Below, one piece after another: positions 19,117 through 29,155 of a stretch of 64,000 nucleotides of DNA. Below the pieces are notes generated by a model that worked only from the letters and a program-made list of their open reading frames with translations, did no database searches and was not told where the DNA came from. The stretch is from Candidatus Multivoradales bacterium (GTDB lineage Bacteria > Acidobacteriota > Thermoanaerobaculia > Multivoradales > J023), in NCBI GenBank assembly GCA_965248925.1, contig CBDFLE010000005.1:32001-96000 (forward strand). Reading direction: 5' to 3'. A program made the position numbers and the translations under genes. Position 1 is the stretch's first letter. The number at the start of each line of letters is the position of its first letter.

Positions 19117-19422
19117 TTATTGGCGGATATTGACGCCGAAGCCGATGGCCATGGTTTCGATGGCTTGGGCCAGGGCGATGTGTTGCTCGGTGAGTTCGGC
19201 CTCCGGCGTGGCGGGCAGCTTGAGGGTCAGCAAAGTGCCTCGTAGATGAACTTCGATCGTTGCCCTCTGACACACCACGAAAGCCAGGAGCTGGCGCAGG
19301 AACCGGTAGGCGGCGGGGAAGTCGACGAACTCTAGCCGCTGGGCAATAACCTGTGGATTGTCTTCGCTCTGGCGCCAATGTACAAGGCGCCCTAGCCCGA
19401 GCTGAATTCGTTCGGGTTTCAT
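19117..19422 (-). CDS. PCD/DCoH-like protein, copy 2
   Basis: Identical protein to 6791-7096. Confidence 0.6.
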   Translation of the reverse strand: MKPERIQLGLGRLVHWRQSEDNPQVIAQRLEFVDFPAAYRFLRQLLAFVVCQRATIEVHLRGTLLTLKLPATPEAELTEQHIALAQAIETMAIGFGVNIRQ

Positions 19423-19440
19423 TCACAATACTCCTTGAGG

Positions 19441-19806
19441 TCACGGTTCAAGAAAAAGCACCCTCCGGGCAGCAGGGGCTGATTCTGCCCGGAGGGGTGG
19501 AGTCGCCGTGGTTGGGGAGGGACCACCACGGCCATCACAGGGACTCAGGGAGCGAGCGAGGTCGAAATCTTCCGGCCGCAGACGGGCCGGTGCCACCGGC
19601 CCGATCCGTACCGAGACCCAGCGGCCGACCATCGCGGCTCTGGGTATAAGGTTGGTGAGTTCACCGCGATAAAACACCCACTCGACGAAGATCAGGGAAT
19701 CGCGCCAAGAGTCAAAGAGGTATTTGCGGGTGATCTTTTGTTGCCCTTTGATTTGTCGCCAATCGGGTAGGGTGTTTAGGGCCTGTTGGATCTCTTCATC
19801 GGTCAT
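19441..19806 (-). CDS. Second PCD/DCoH-like protein, copy 2
   Basis: Near-identical to 7115-7480. Confidence 0.6.
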   Translation of the reverse strand: MTDEEIQQALNTLPDWRQIKGQQKITRKYLFDSWRDSLIFVEWVFYRGELTNLIPRAAMVGRWVSVRIGPVAPARLRPEDFDLARSLSPCDGRGGPSPTTATPPLRAESAPAARRVLFLEP

Positions 19807-20080
19807 CACTCTCTCCTTGGGTCTAGGAGGATGGTAAAGCCAACAGATTTGATCTGTGCAAATGATCTGGGCTGCGCCATATCCTGGAGCTGTGCATCTT
19901 GGACCTCCGCCTCCGAGGTCCATTCAGGAGTCAAAGAACCCGATATTGGACTCTGAGTGCACACTGGTTTGACATGGCTGCGCACTCTCGTGCAGCTTTG
20001 ATGTTTTTCGCTCCAAGATTTCGGGGCGAGTCCAACGATGCGCTATACTTTGCCCCTGATCCAACTATCTGGAGGAGAGC

Positions 20081-21412
20081 ATGTCAGAAGTTCTATATCT
20101 ATCCGACCATCAGCGGCTCCTAACTACACTGAGAACGCATGTGCGGCGGCATCCGAGGTCACTTCAGGCTATCGAGAGGCGCCTCGGGTGGTCGCGTTCC
20201 TATCTGTCTCGCAAGCTTGGCGGTGCAATTTCCCTTTCTACGGAGCAGCTGCTGGAGATTCTTAAGATCGTTGATTTGAATCTGAGCGAGCTAGAAGCGA
20301 AGGCATCCTGGGTTGATGTCGAGGGCCTCCTTGAGGGTCTGCTGCCTGAAGGAAGTCGAAATCCAGCTCCGATTGTGGAGTTGCGACGAGTAGCTCGGGA
20401 GCTGGCGGAACGGGACGGGGTCATAGGCGAGAACATCGAAGTTGTTGAACCTCACTTGTCGACTCTGCTAGCTGTCGATCGGTTACGATTCTCTCATCCG
20501 TGGCCTGCTGCGAGACAAGCCTTCGCCGTGGCGGCTCATGTGGCTCCTGCGATCAATGGAGACGAAGCAAAGGAAATATTCTCTCGGGCCGCAGGCGTGT
20601 ACGCTTCCTGTTGTCGAATGGGCGGTTCGCCAGAAGACGGAGTCCGCGCCATCCTTGTTGCCTTGTCCGCAGCGGGTTCGTCAAACCCGCAACTTCGAGC
20701 CTCGCTCATGGAGCGCGCTGCCTATCTGCTGATTTCTTTCGCTCAGAACCTCAATGCGATTGCGGTATTTGATTTGGCGGATTCGATCAATATTGGAACT
20801 GGTGATCGATCTTGCCGAGGCCGGCTTGCCGTGGGGCGAGGTGTAGCTTGGCATCTGGAGAACGAGTTTCAGTTGTCAGCTACAGAGTTTCTATCGGCTT
20901 TGCAGCTTCTCAGTAATTGTGAGCAGGTATTTGCCGGATCGGCTCATCAATGTCTTGGGCAAGTTAGAATGGATGAAGGGGATCTCATCGGGGCTGCACG
21001 AGAAATCGAATTTGCCAGAACGTTGCTAGCCGATGGTGACGTGTATAGCCTAGGTATTGTAGAATGGACGGCTGCTCGTCTGGCTAGCAAGTGTGGTCAG
21101 TCGGAGCAGGCTGAATTGTTGTTTCGAGGAGCTGTCGACAACTTGATGAAGATCAATCCGTTCGACACCACTTTGGTCTGTCTAGATTGGGTTAAGTTGC
21201 TTCTTGAAAAAGGTGAAGCCGCCGATGCCGTCTTGACAGCCAGGAGAACGGCTAGGTTAATTGAGCAATTCGAATCGAATCCGATTGCGGGTAGAACTAT
21301 CCTGGAATTGAAGAAGGCATCTCTGAGGGGGCAGCTGACGTTCAGACTTGTAGGAGCGGCCCGGATGAGTATCGAGAGTGGGCGCTGCCTAGGCATACGC
21401 CCACTCTTTTGA
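20081..21412 (+). CDS. HTH-TPR-like regulator, copy 2
   Basis: One residue (K to N) different from 7755-9086. Confidence 0.7.
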   Translation: MSEVLYLSDHQRLLTTLRTHVRRHPRSLQAIERRLGWSRSYLSRKLGGAISLSTEQLLEILKIVDLNLSELEAKASWVDVEGLLEGLLPEGSRNPAPIVELRRVARELAERDGVIGENIEVVEPHLSTLLAVDRLRFSHPWPAARQAFAVAAHVAPAINGDEAKEIFSRAAGVYASCCRMGGSPEDGVRAILVALSAAGSSNPQLRASLMERAAYLLISFAQNLNAIAVFDLADSINIGTGDRSCRGRLAVGRGVAWHLENEFQLSATEFLSALQLLSNCEQVFAGSAHQCLGQVRMDEGDLIGAAREIEFARTLLADGDVYSLGIVEWTAARLASKCGQSEQAELLFRGAVDNLMKINPFDTTLVCLDWVKLLLEKGEAADAVLTARRTARLIEQFESNPIAGRTILELKKASLRGQLTFRLVGAARMSIESGRCLGIRPLF

Positions 21413-21515
21413 TCTAACCTCCCGGCATTATTGCAGGCCCGTACAGCGTGGCACTGACTTTGCGCAGATAGCTCACCTGTGATCTCCTATTCCACGACAT
21501 CGCCAGAGGGTCGGA

Positions 21516-24500
21516 TTGATCCTCCGGGTTCGTGATTTAGGCAACCCTACCCTGGAGATCTTCAACCGCGACCAGAGCACGACTTGGACGCTGGGGGAAG
21601 CGGTGCCGCCGGGCCTCACCCTGGCTCCGCCCAGCCCACCGAGCGGCACGGCGGCTGTCTCGCTCACCGTCAGTGGCATGGCGACGGCGGAGCGTCCGGT
21701 GACTCTGCGCAACCTCACCACCGGCGAGCGCGACAGCGCTCGCGTCGGCAGTCCTGGTGGCGGCGGTGCTGGCAGTTTCTCCCTGAGTCTCAGCGTGCGG
21801 CGCGGCGACCGCCTGGAGCTACTGCGCAACGAGCTGTCCTTGGCCTACGTGGCGGGTTACGACGCCGGGGTGGTGACGGTGGATCTGAACGCCGTCGAAG
21901 CGGTCGATGAGGAAGTCGACGATCCCTGGGATGCCTTCGATCTGCTGCGCTACAACACTCACTATTTTGTACCGACCGAGGTGCTGTGCTCGACGTTTGA
22001 GAACGATCAGCGCTTCGACGTGATCGACGCGCGGGTGCTGCCGGCGGCGTCGGAGGGCGAGCCTTGGAGCGTGCTGGCCCTGGTCGAGAATTATGGCTTG
22101 CTGTCGCTGGGTGCCTCGGTCGCTGCGCCGCTCGACAAGCTGGCCTACCGCGACGCTCTGTGCGGCGAGGTCGATGACAACCGCAAGATGGGGGGTCTCG
22201 ATGTGCTGCCCGGCTACCGCTTCGATCGCAACGGCGACGGTGTGCTGGACGACGAGGACCCCGAGCGTGACTTCGCGCTGCTCACCAACACCGTTGGTGG
22301 CGGGGGTCTTGGCTGGCTGCTGATTGTCGATGTCACCGAGCGCGATGAGCTGCTTCTTGTGGGCCGCATCGAGCTGCCCGGCCCGGCGACGCGGGTGACC
22401 GCTGACCCGGTCGGCCGCCGCGCCCTGGTGTCGGGCCACGGTGGTGGGGTCTACATCGTCGACCTCGACCGCTGGCCCGAGCTGGGTGGAGGGGGCGGAA
22501 CCCCTCAGATCTGGTCGAGCGATCGGGTGGTCGAGCGCCTGAGCTTTGGCGAGGACGTGCGCGCCCCCACCCTGGTGGCTCCAGAACTGGGCCTGGCCTT
22601 CGCCGGTGGCGTTGCCCGCGGCGTGACCCCCCTCAGCACCGGCCTGCCACGCCTGTCGCTGGTGACTAGCGGCAAAAAGGGACTGCGCCGGGTCGCCCGG
22701 TTGGCGCCATTTGGCGCGCCTAGCGCGCCGGAGAGCGCCGAGGAAGGTGCCGAAGAAATACCCGGCGTGATCCGCGTGCAGGCGCAGCTTCCTGGTGGCC
22801 TGGCCGATGCCGAGGGCAAGATCCGTGTCGACCTCGCGGGCATCGGCCCCGCCGGTTTGCCGGTGCGCGGCCTCGGCGAGGGGCTGATGGACGAGCCCAT
22901 GGCCGAGCTGAAAGACGATAAGGCGCTGGTGCTACAACGGCAGTCGGACAACCCCCTGTCAGAGGGCTACAACGTCTTCCTCTCCGACCCGGTGGTGCTG
23001 CTGGCTGACGTGCGCGCCTCGGCGCATTTCGAGCGCTCGGAGGCTGAGAAGAAGGTCTGCCGCCGCTGCGACCTGGTGGACGAGGGGGTCTACACCGCGG
23101 CCGATCTACCTCCCAACGAGCTGCATGTCGAGCTGCTGTCGGGTCATCAAGTGCGGGCGAGCTACAGCGCCGCCGTCGCCTCCAGCCTCACCGGCCTCTA
23201 CGATGCCGACCTGCTAGCGGGCTACGCCGTCGTCGCCGATAGCGTGCCCTGGGATCTCAGCCCCTCGCCGCACCAGGAGCCGGCGCTCAATGCCGCCACT
23301 AGCGCGATGGCGGCGCCGGGCACCCTCCTGCACTCAGGAGAGATGACCCGCCAGGCGATCGACCTCAGCCTCCAAGGCCGGGGTTTAGATGTGGCCTTGG
23401 TGCGCACCTACCGCAGCCAAACGATCAGCAACGGCCCCCTCGGCCCGGGCTGGGATCATGGCTACCGCCTGCGCTTGCGGCTCTTGCCCAATGGCGATAT
23501 CGACTTCTTCGACGGCACTGGCCGCCGCGAGACCTTCACCTTGGAAGACGACCGCGAGCTGAAGCCGCCCGTCGGCCGCTTCGTCCAGCTCAAGAAGTAC
23601 GCCGAGGGCTACACCCTGATCGGCAGCGGCTACCAGCGCTGGCGTTTCGACCGCTGGGGTCGCCTGGTGTCGATGATCGACTCGGTGCGCACCAGCGAAG
23701 AGACCGGCAACGAGATCACCTTCCACTACGACTCCCACTCGCGCCTGGCGCGGATCCACGACGATCTCGGCCGCAACACCCTCCTGCACTACGACGACGA
23801 AGGCCGTCTGGAGAAGATCGAAGACTTCAGCGATCGCGACTTCCTCTACCACTACGACGCCCAGGGAAGATTGACCAGTTTCGAGACTCCAGACGTCGAC
23901 CTAGGCAGCGGCAGCAGCCAGCGCCTGTCGACCACCTACGCCTACCATCCCCTTGGCACCGGCCTGGCTGGCCAGCTCACCCAGCGCGATGATCTGAAAA
24001 GCGAGACCGACGCCAAGAGCCAGACCTGGCTCACCCTGCGGTATCAGGACTCCGACGGCAACGGCCGCCCCGATGCGCTCAAAGAACAGGATTGGGGAGC
24101 GGGGACAGTGCATTTGGCCTTCGATTTCGACGGCCAGCAGACCACCCTCACTGATCGCCGAGGCAAAGTCTGGACCTACCATCTCAACGCTGCTGGGCAG
24201 ATGCTCAGCGAGCGCGACCCGGCGTCTCATCAGTCGAACTGGTCCTACGAGCCAAGTGGTGCGCTGGCACAGGCCACCGAGGCGGGGGGAATCACCACCG
24301 ATCTGACCTACGGCTCGGACTCTCCGCGCCAGCGGGGCAATGTGTCGAGCGTGACGACGACGCCTTCCCCTGGCTACCCCAACCCTGTCGCGCCGGTGGT
24401 GGTGCAGGTGCTAGAGAGGGTTAAGAAAACCAATCGGGTGGCCAGTTGGAACGATAAGCACGGTGCGCAGCACCTGATCATCACCTATCCCAACGAGCTG

Positions 24501-27500
24501 CCCAAGGTGCGTCATGACGCCTATGGCACGCCGCTCAACGCCACCTCGTCGATGACGTACGACTTTTTCGGTCGGATCACCGAGCAGACCGCCCCCAACC
24601 AGAGCAAAACCACCTTTACCTATTCCCTTGAGGACGGTTACTTGACTCAGGTGGTCGCCGATGCCCAGAACCTGGCTCTGAGCACCGACTTTCTGGAGCG
24701 CGACGCCCGTGGCAATCCGCTGCGCTGGCGCGACCCGCGCGGGGTGATCCACGAAGCTGAGTACAACGCCCTCGGCTGGCTGCTGCGCCAGCGGCAGGCG
24801 ATCTCAGGCGGGGCTGCCCCGATCGGCCTGGTGAGTGAATTCGACTACGACGCCAACGGCCAGGTCACGGCGACCCGGCGCTCCCACAGTGGCGGCGGGA
24901 TGACCGCCGTTCGCTTCACCTACGGGGTTCTCGGCGAGCTACTGCGCAGCGAGCGCGAGGTCGAGCCCGGCGGGGCGGCGATCCTCGAGACCGTAGCGTA
25001 TGACCCTCACCTCAACCCGACTCGCATCGTCGATGGTGTCGGTGGGGTCACCCTGCTGGAGTACGACGCCCGCAACCTACCGCTGCGCAAGACTAGCGGG
25101 GCGGGTACGGCGGCGGAGATTGCAGAGGAGTACTCCTATGACGCCGATGGCCGGCTGGTGGTCTACACCGATGCTCGCCAACAAGTTTGGCGTACTGAGT
25201 ACGACGGCTTGGGACGCCCCGCGGCACAGATCAATCCGCTGGGAGAGCGCACCGAGACCGAGTACACCCCAGGTGACCTGCCAATCCACCAGCGCCGCTT
25301 GAGTGCCTCGGGCGTCGTGAAGAGCGAGCAGCAATGGCAGTGGGACGTGCGGGCTCGGCAGACCCGCGGCATTGCTCATCTGTGGGCCTATGGCGAGGGT
25401 GGCGGCGATGGCGAAGCTCTTCAGCAGTTGACGACCGAGTTTACTTACGATGCCATCTCGAATCTGCTCACCGTCGAGGGTCCTGGCATCTCGTTGGAGC
25501 ATCGCTACGACTCGGCGGGGCGGCGGACCTTGTCGCAGGACCAGGCCGGCAACATCGTCGAGCTGGACCTTGACCCGCTAGGTCTGGTCACCAGCCAACG
25601 CCACCTTGAGCAACTCGCCGAGGGGGGCACCGCGACCGTCGAGAACACCTTCACCCACGACGCTTTGGGCCGTCCGCTGAGTGAGAGTCTGCCCCAGGGT
25701 GGCAGCCGCAGCTGGCAATATGACGTCCGTGGCAACCTGACCCGTTTTGCCGACGCCGACGGCCGCGTCTGGAGCTGGCAATACGACGGCCTCGACCGCC
25801 GGGTCGCCGAGCAGGCTCCGGGAGGTGTTGACCTCAGCCACACCTATGACCAGGCTTCGCGGCCGCTGACCTACACCGACGCTCTCGGTAACCAGACCCG
25901 CTGGGTCTACGACATTCTGGGTCGGCGCACCGACTGGCTGCTCAACGGCGTCGGAGTAGAGATCTACGGCCACGACGAGAGCGGCAACCCAACCTCCATC
26001 CTGCGCGCCGACGGCAGCCGCATCGATCAGAGTTTCGATGCCGCCGGCCGGCTGATCAGCCGCCAGATCAACCTCCCTGACGGCACCCTGGGCGAGGCCG
26101 AGAGCTACTCCCATGACGCCCTGGGGCGGATCACTCAGCAAACCGCGGGCGGCATCTCCACCCAGCACAGCTTCGACTCGTTGTCGCGGCTGACCGCCGA
26201 GACCACCGCTGATCTCACCGTCGGTTACCAGCACGATGCCGCCGGCAACCTGATTCAGATCAGCTACCCCTCGGGTCGCCGGGTCGACATCGTGCCCGAC
26301 GGGCTCAATCGCCCCTCCACGGTCGCCTGGGCGGCGCCCGGCCCACCCGAAGTCAAGGTGCGCTACGGCTATCGCGGCGGCAATCTGATGTCCTCCCGCA
26401 GCCTGGCCCAGCTCACCGGGGTGAAGACTTTTGATGCCGGCCGGCGCACCGCCGGCTGGCAAGTCCAGGATGCTGGCAACCAGTTGCTGCTCGGCGAAAG
26501 CCTGACCTGGACCCCCGGCTCGCGGCTGGCCACCGCCACCCGCACCGATTTGGGTGGCCTCACCCGTCGTTACGGCTACCAGGACGGTCGCTTGATCTCG
26601 GCCATCCAGACTGGCGGCCCGGCCTCCAGCACCCCGGCCGCCACCGGCTGGGCCGACGTGCCCGCGAGCTTCACCTACAGCTACGACCGAGCCCAGAATC
26701 TGCTGGGGATGGACTTCGCACAAAGCTGCGCAGCCACCCAGGTCGCCCTGCCGCTGGATGGCAGCGGCTGGAACCGCCCGGCTTCAGTAGCCGGCGAAGC
26801 GCTCCAGTGGACCCCACGCCAGGAGCTGGCGAGCAAAGGAAACCTCAACTTCACTTACAGCTGGGACCACCGTCCCATCGAACTTCGGCGCAATGGGGTG
26901 ACGATCGCCAGCTACAAATACGACTCCCAAGGTCGCCGAGTCGAGCGCCAAGTCGGCGCCGACACCTACACCACCGTCTGGTCCGGCTGGCAGCCGATCG
27001 AAGAATACAAAAACGGTCTATTGCACAGCCGCCGCACCTACGGCGTTGGCCTCGACGAACTCATTCGCCTCGAAAGCGACCTCGACGGCGACGGTGTTCT
27101 AGAGCAGGAATACCTGCCCTTCTACGACACGATCGGCAACCTAGTCCTACTCACCAACGAAGCCGGCAAACCCATCGAACGCTACGCCTACGGCCCTTAC
27201 GGCCGGCAGTGGATCGTCGCCGATTTGACAGCGCCCGCAGTCGAGCAGATCCGCATGAAAGGTGATGAGCTGTGGATCGAACTCTCAGAAGAAGTGCGGC
27301 TCGACCGCCTGCAAGCCGCCTCTAGCGCCGGCACGCTGACGCTGGTCAACGCCCTCGGCGATGAAATCAGCTTGCAGATCGAGCAGCCCATCGACAGCGG
27401 CCGCGCCGCCCGGCGGCGCGTGGTGCTCAGCGAGCTGCCGAGCCAGAATCCCCCACGCTGGCCGGTGGCGGGGGAGATTGCCACCCTGACCATCCCAGCC

Positions 27501-28994
27501 GGAGCCCTGGTCGACCTCTTCGAAAACAAAGGCGCGGCCGTGGCCGAGTCCATGACCTGGCCGGCCATCGCGGACGAGATTTACAGCGACACAGCCCCTC
27601 CCCAGCTGCTTCAGGCTTGCGTCACAGCGCAAAGAAAAGTCGAGCTGGAATTCAGCGAGCCCCTCGACGAAGCGACCCTCGACACCATCCAGCTCAACAG
27701 CGTGGCAACCACCTGGACCGTCTCCGCCGATGGCTACCGCCTGACCAGCGGCGCCCTCGCGGTCGGCTCCAACACCCTGCTGGTAGACGGCGAACTGAAA
27801 GACCTCGCCGGCACCTCGCTGGCAGGCACCGTGAGCGAGAGCTTCATCGTCAATCTAGATCAAGGCACGATCATCCACAGCGCTCCCTACGCCGGGCAGA
27901 TCGCCATCTCGGCTACCGGTAACCCGTTTGGCTTCAAAGGCTTGCCGAGAGACCCGGAGAGTGGGCTGATCTATGTCAGGCACCGCTACTACGATCCAGA
28001 AATAGGCCGGTGGATCACCTCCGATCCACTGGGACTCGTCGATGGGTCGAACCGCTACCAGTTTGCCCTGAATGATCCGACTAACAACAGCGATCCCACC
28101 GGGGAGTTTGTGGTTGTTGGTTCGATCCTGATCGCAGCGGCGATCTATGGGGCTACTCACGAGATCGAACGAGCCACGGACGTAGACCCGCATGCTAGCG
28201 TTGGCGGAGCGGCGGCCCTGGGAGCGACGCGAGGTTTGGTAGTTGGCGGTCTCGCCATTGCATCGGGAGGGTTTGGTGGAGGACTTGCTGCTGGGCTTGG
28301 AGGAGGTACGATTGTCCAGGGCGCTACGGTGGGTGTCTTTGCGGGTGTTGGGGGCGTCTTTGCTGAGGATGTGATCGATGTCGGGGTGCTTCATCATCGG
28401 GAGAGCTTCAGCTCTATCGGGCAGTATGCTGGGGCAGCGGCGATTGGTGGTGCGTTGGGAGGTGTTGGTGGCGCAGTTCTGGCACGAATGCAGCCAGGAG
28501 GTGCTGGTAGGGTGGCACGAGGTGTTAGATCTATTCCAAGACGAAGTGTGAAGTACAAGACTTCAGGTATGGTTGCCGACATGGCTAGGTTCGACACTAG
28601 AAGGGGTGTTCAGTATCTCAATGAGGTTTCTAGGAGACGATATAGGATCTCAATCAAGAATGGGAAGCTATACGACGCTTCAGGTCAGCTGTTCGAAACA
28701 GTCTCGGCTTCAACAGCATTTAGTAAAGGTAAGGCAATTTTTGTGATGAATGAAGTTGGAGAAATATTTGCTTCGACATCTCATAGAGTTGGCAGATTTC
28801 ATCATTCTTCTTTCTTGGCTGGTGGGAAAGTTGCTGCTTCAGGAGAGATCGAAGTTATGAGAGGTATAGTTGTCGGAATGACGAGAAATAGTGGCCACTA
28901 CAGGCAGGGTCCGCAGTACCTTCAGCAGATGACGAAAGAGCTTCGTAGGCATGGTGTGCGTATTTCTCCAAGTCAAATAAAGGGAGGGTTCTAG
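21516..28994 (+). CDS. RHS toxin (core type B) with glycine-rich hydrophobic linker and HHSSF/SGHY C-terminal domain; start uncertain
   Basis: N-terminal ~895 aa shared with the 9190 ORF; core shared with the base-2 ORF; DPTG; tip 'RFHHSSFLAGGKVAASGEIEV...NSGHYRQ'. Confidence 0.9.
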   Translation: MILRVRDLGNPTLEIFNRDQSTTWTLGEAVPPGLTLAPPSPPSGTAAVSLTVSGMATAERPVTLRNLTTGERDSARVGSPGGGGAGSFSLSLSVRRGDRLELLRNELSLAYVAGYDAGVVTVDLNAVEAVDEEVDDPWDAFDLLRYNTHYFVPTEVLCSTFENDQRFDVIDARVLPAASEGEPWSVLALVENYGLLSLGASVAAPLDKLAYRDALCGEVDDNRKMGGLDVLPGYRFDRNGDGVLDDEDPERDFALLTNTVGGGGLGWLLIVDVTERDELLLVGRIELPGPATRVTADPVGRRALVSGHGGGVYIVDLDRWPELGGGGGTPQIWSSDRVVERLSFGEDVRAPTLVAPELGLAFAGGVARGVTPLSTGLPRLSLVTSGKKGLRRVARLAPFGAPSAPESAEEGAEEIPGVIRVQAQLPGGLADAEGKIRVDLAGIGPAGLPVRGLGEGLMDEPMAELKDDKALVLQRQSDNPLSEGYNVFLSDPVVLLADVRASAHFERSEAEKKVCRRCDLVDEGVYTAADLPPNELHVELLSGHQVRASYSAAVASSLTGLYDADLLAGYAVVADSVPWDLSPSPHQEPALNAATSAMAAPGTLLHSGEMTRQAIDLSLQGRGLDVALVRTYRSQTISNGPLGPGWDHGYRLRLRLLPNGDIDFFDGTGRRETFTLEDDRELKPPVGRFVQLKKYAEGYTLIGSGYQRWRFDRWGRLVSMIDSVRTSEETGNEITFHYDSHSRLARIHDDLGRNTLLHYDDEGRLEKIEDFSDRDFLYHYDAQGRLTSFETPDVDLGSGSSQRLSTTYAYHPLGTGLAGQLTQRDDLKSETDAKSQTWLTLRYQDSDGNGRPDALKEQDWGAGTVHLAFDFDGQQTTLTDRRGKVWTYHLNAAGQMLSERDPASHQSNWSYEPSGALAQATEAGGITTDLTYGSDSPRQRGNVSSVTTTPSPGYPNPVAPVVVQVLERVKKTNRVASWNDKHGAQHLIITYPNELPKVRHDAYGTPLNATSSMTYDFFGRITEQTAPNQSKTTFTYSLEDGYLTQVVADAQNLALSTDFLERDARGNPLRWRDPRGVIHEAEYNALGWLLRQRQAISGGAAPIGLVSEFDYDANGQVTATRRSHSGGGMTAVRFTYGVLGELLRSEREVEPGGAAILETVAYDPHLNPTRIVDGVGGVTLLEYDARNLPLRKTSGAGTAAEIAEEYSYDADGRLVVYTDARQQVWRTEYDGLGRPAAQINPLGERTETEYTPGDLPIHQRRLSASGVVKSEQQWQWDVRARQTRGIAHLWAYGEGGGDGEALQQLTTEFTYDAISNLLTVEGPGISLEHRYDSAGRRTLSQDQAGNIVELDLDPLGLVTSQRHLEQLAEGGTATVENTFTHDALGRPLSESLPQGGSRSWQYDVRGNLTRFADADGRVWSWQYDGLDRRVAEQAPGGVDLSHTYDQASRPLTYTDALGNQTRWVYDILGRRTDWLLNGVGVEIYGHDESGNPTSILRADGSRIDQSFDAAGRLISRQINLPDGTLGEAESYSHDALGRITQQTAGGISTQHSFDSLSRLTAETTADLTVGYQHDAAGNLIQISYPSGRRVDIVPDGLNRPSTVAWAAPGPPEVKVRYGYRGGNLMSSRSLAQLTGVKTFDAGRRTAGWQVQDAGNQLLLGESLTWTPGSRLATATRTDLGGLTRRYGYQDGRLISAIQTGGPASSTPAATGWADVPASFTYSYDRAQNLLGMDFAQSCAATQVALPLDGSGWNRPASVAGEALQWTPRQELASKGNLNFTYSWDHRPIELRRNGVTIASYKYDSQGRRVERQVGADTYTTVWSGWQPIEEYKNGLLHSRRTYGVGLDELIRLESDLDGDGVLEQEYLPFYDTIGNLVLLTNEAGKPIERYAYGPYGRQWIVADLTAPAVEQIRMKGDELWIELSEEVRLDRLQAASSAGTLTLVNALGDEISLQIEQPIDSGRAARRRVVLSELPSQNPPRWPVAGEIATLTIPAGALVDLFENKGAAVAESMTWPAIADEIYSDTAPPQLLQACVTAQRKVELEFSEPLDEATLDTIQLNSVATTWTVSADGYRLTSGALAVGSNTLLVDGELKDLAGTSLAGTVSESFIVNLDQGTIIHSAPYAGQIAISATGNPFGFKGLPRDPESGLIYVRHRYYDPEIGRWITSDPLGLVDGSNRYQFALNDPTNNSDPTGEFVVVGSILIAAAIYGATHEIERATDVDPHASVGGAAALGATRGLVVGGLAIASGGFGGGLAAGLGGGTIVQGATVGVFAGVGGVFAEDVIDVGVLHHRESFSSIGQYAGAAAIGGALGGVGGAVLARMQPGGAGRVARGVRSIPRRSVKYKTSGMVADMARFDTRRGVQYLNEVSRRRYRISIKNGKLYDASGQLFETVSASTAFSKGKAIFVMNEVGEIFASTSHRVGRFHHSSFLAGGKVAASGEIEVMRGIVVGMTRNSGHYRQGPQYLQQMTKELRRHGVRISPSQIKGGF

Positions 28995-29155
28995 TGGTAG
29001 ATTTAGCGGATGAATTGAGGACTGTGCTGTATACGATTTTCTATGTTGAAGACTTGTCAGCATTTCAGGGTTTGACCTCCTCTCAGAAGGAAGCATTTCT
29101 TCGTGACCATACCCTTGAAGTGTCCCGTCCGCGGCGTCCACGATCAAAATCGTAG
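28994..29155 (+). CDS. Putative immunity gene for tip 3 (53 aa, probably truncated by the element end); not in the ORF track
   Basis: GTG overlaps the toxin TAG; reads MVDLADELRTVLYTIFYVEDLSAFQGLTSSQKEAFLRDHTLEV-SRPRRPRSKS*. Confidence 0.55.
   Translation: MVDLADELRTVLYTIFYVEDLSAFQGLTSSQKEAFLRDHTLEVSRPRRPRSKS

Larger units (their letters stand above)
17432..21546. mobile_element. DDE-integrase element, copy 2 (right boundary approximate)
   Basis: Near-identical to 5106-9220. Confidence 0.75.
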
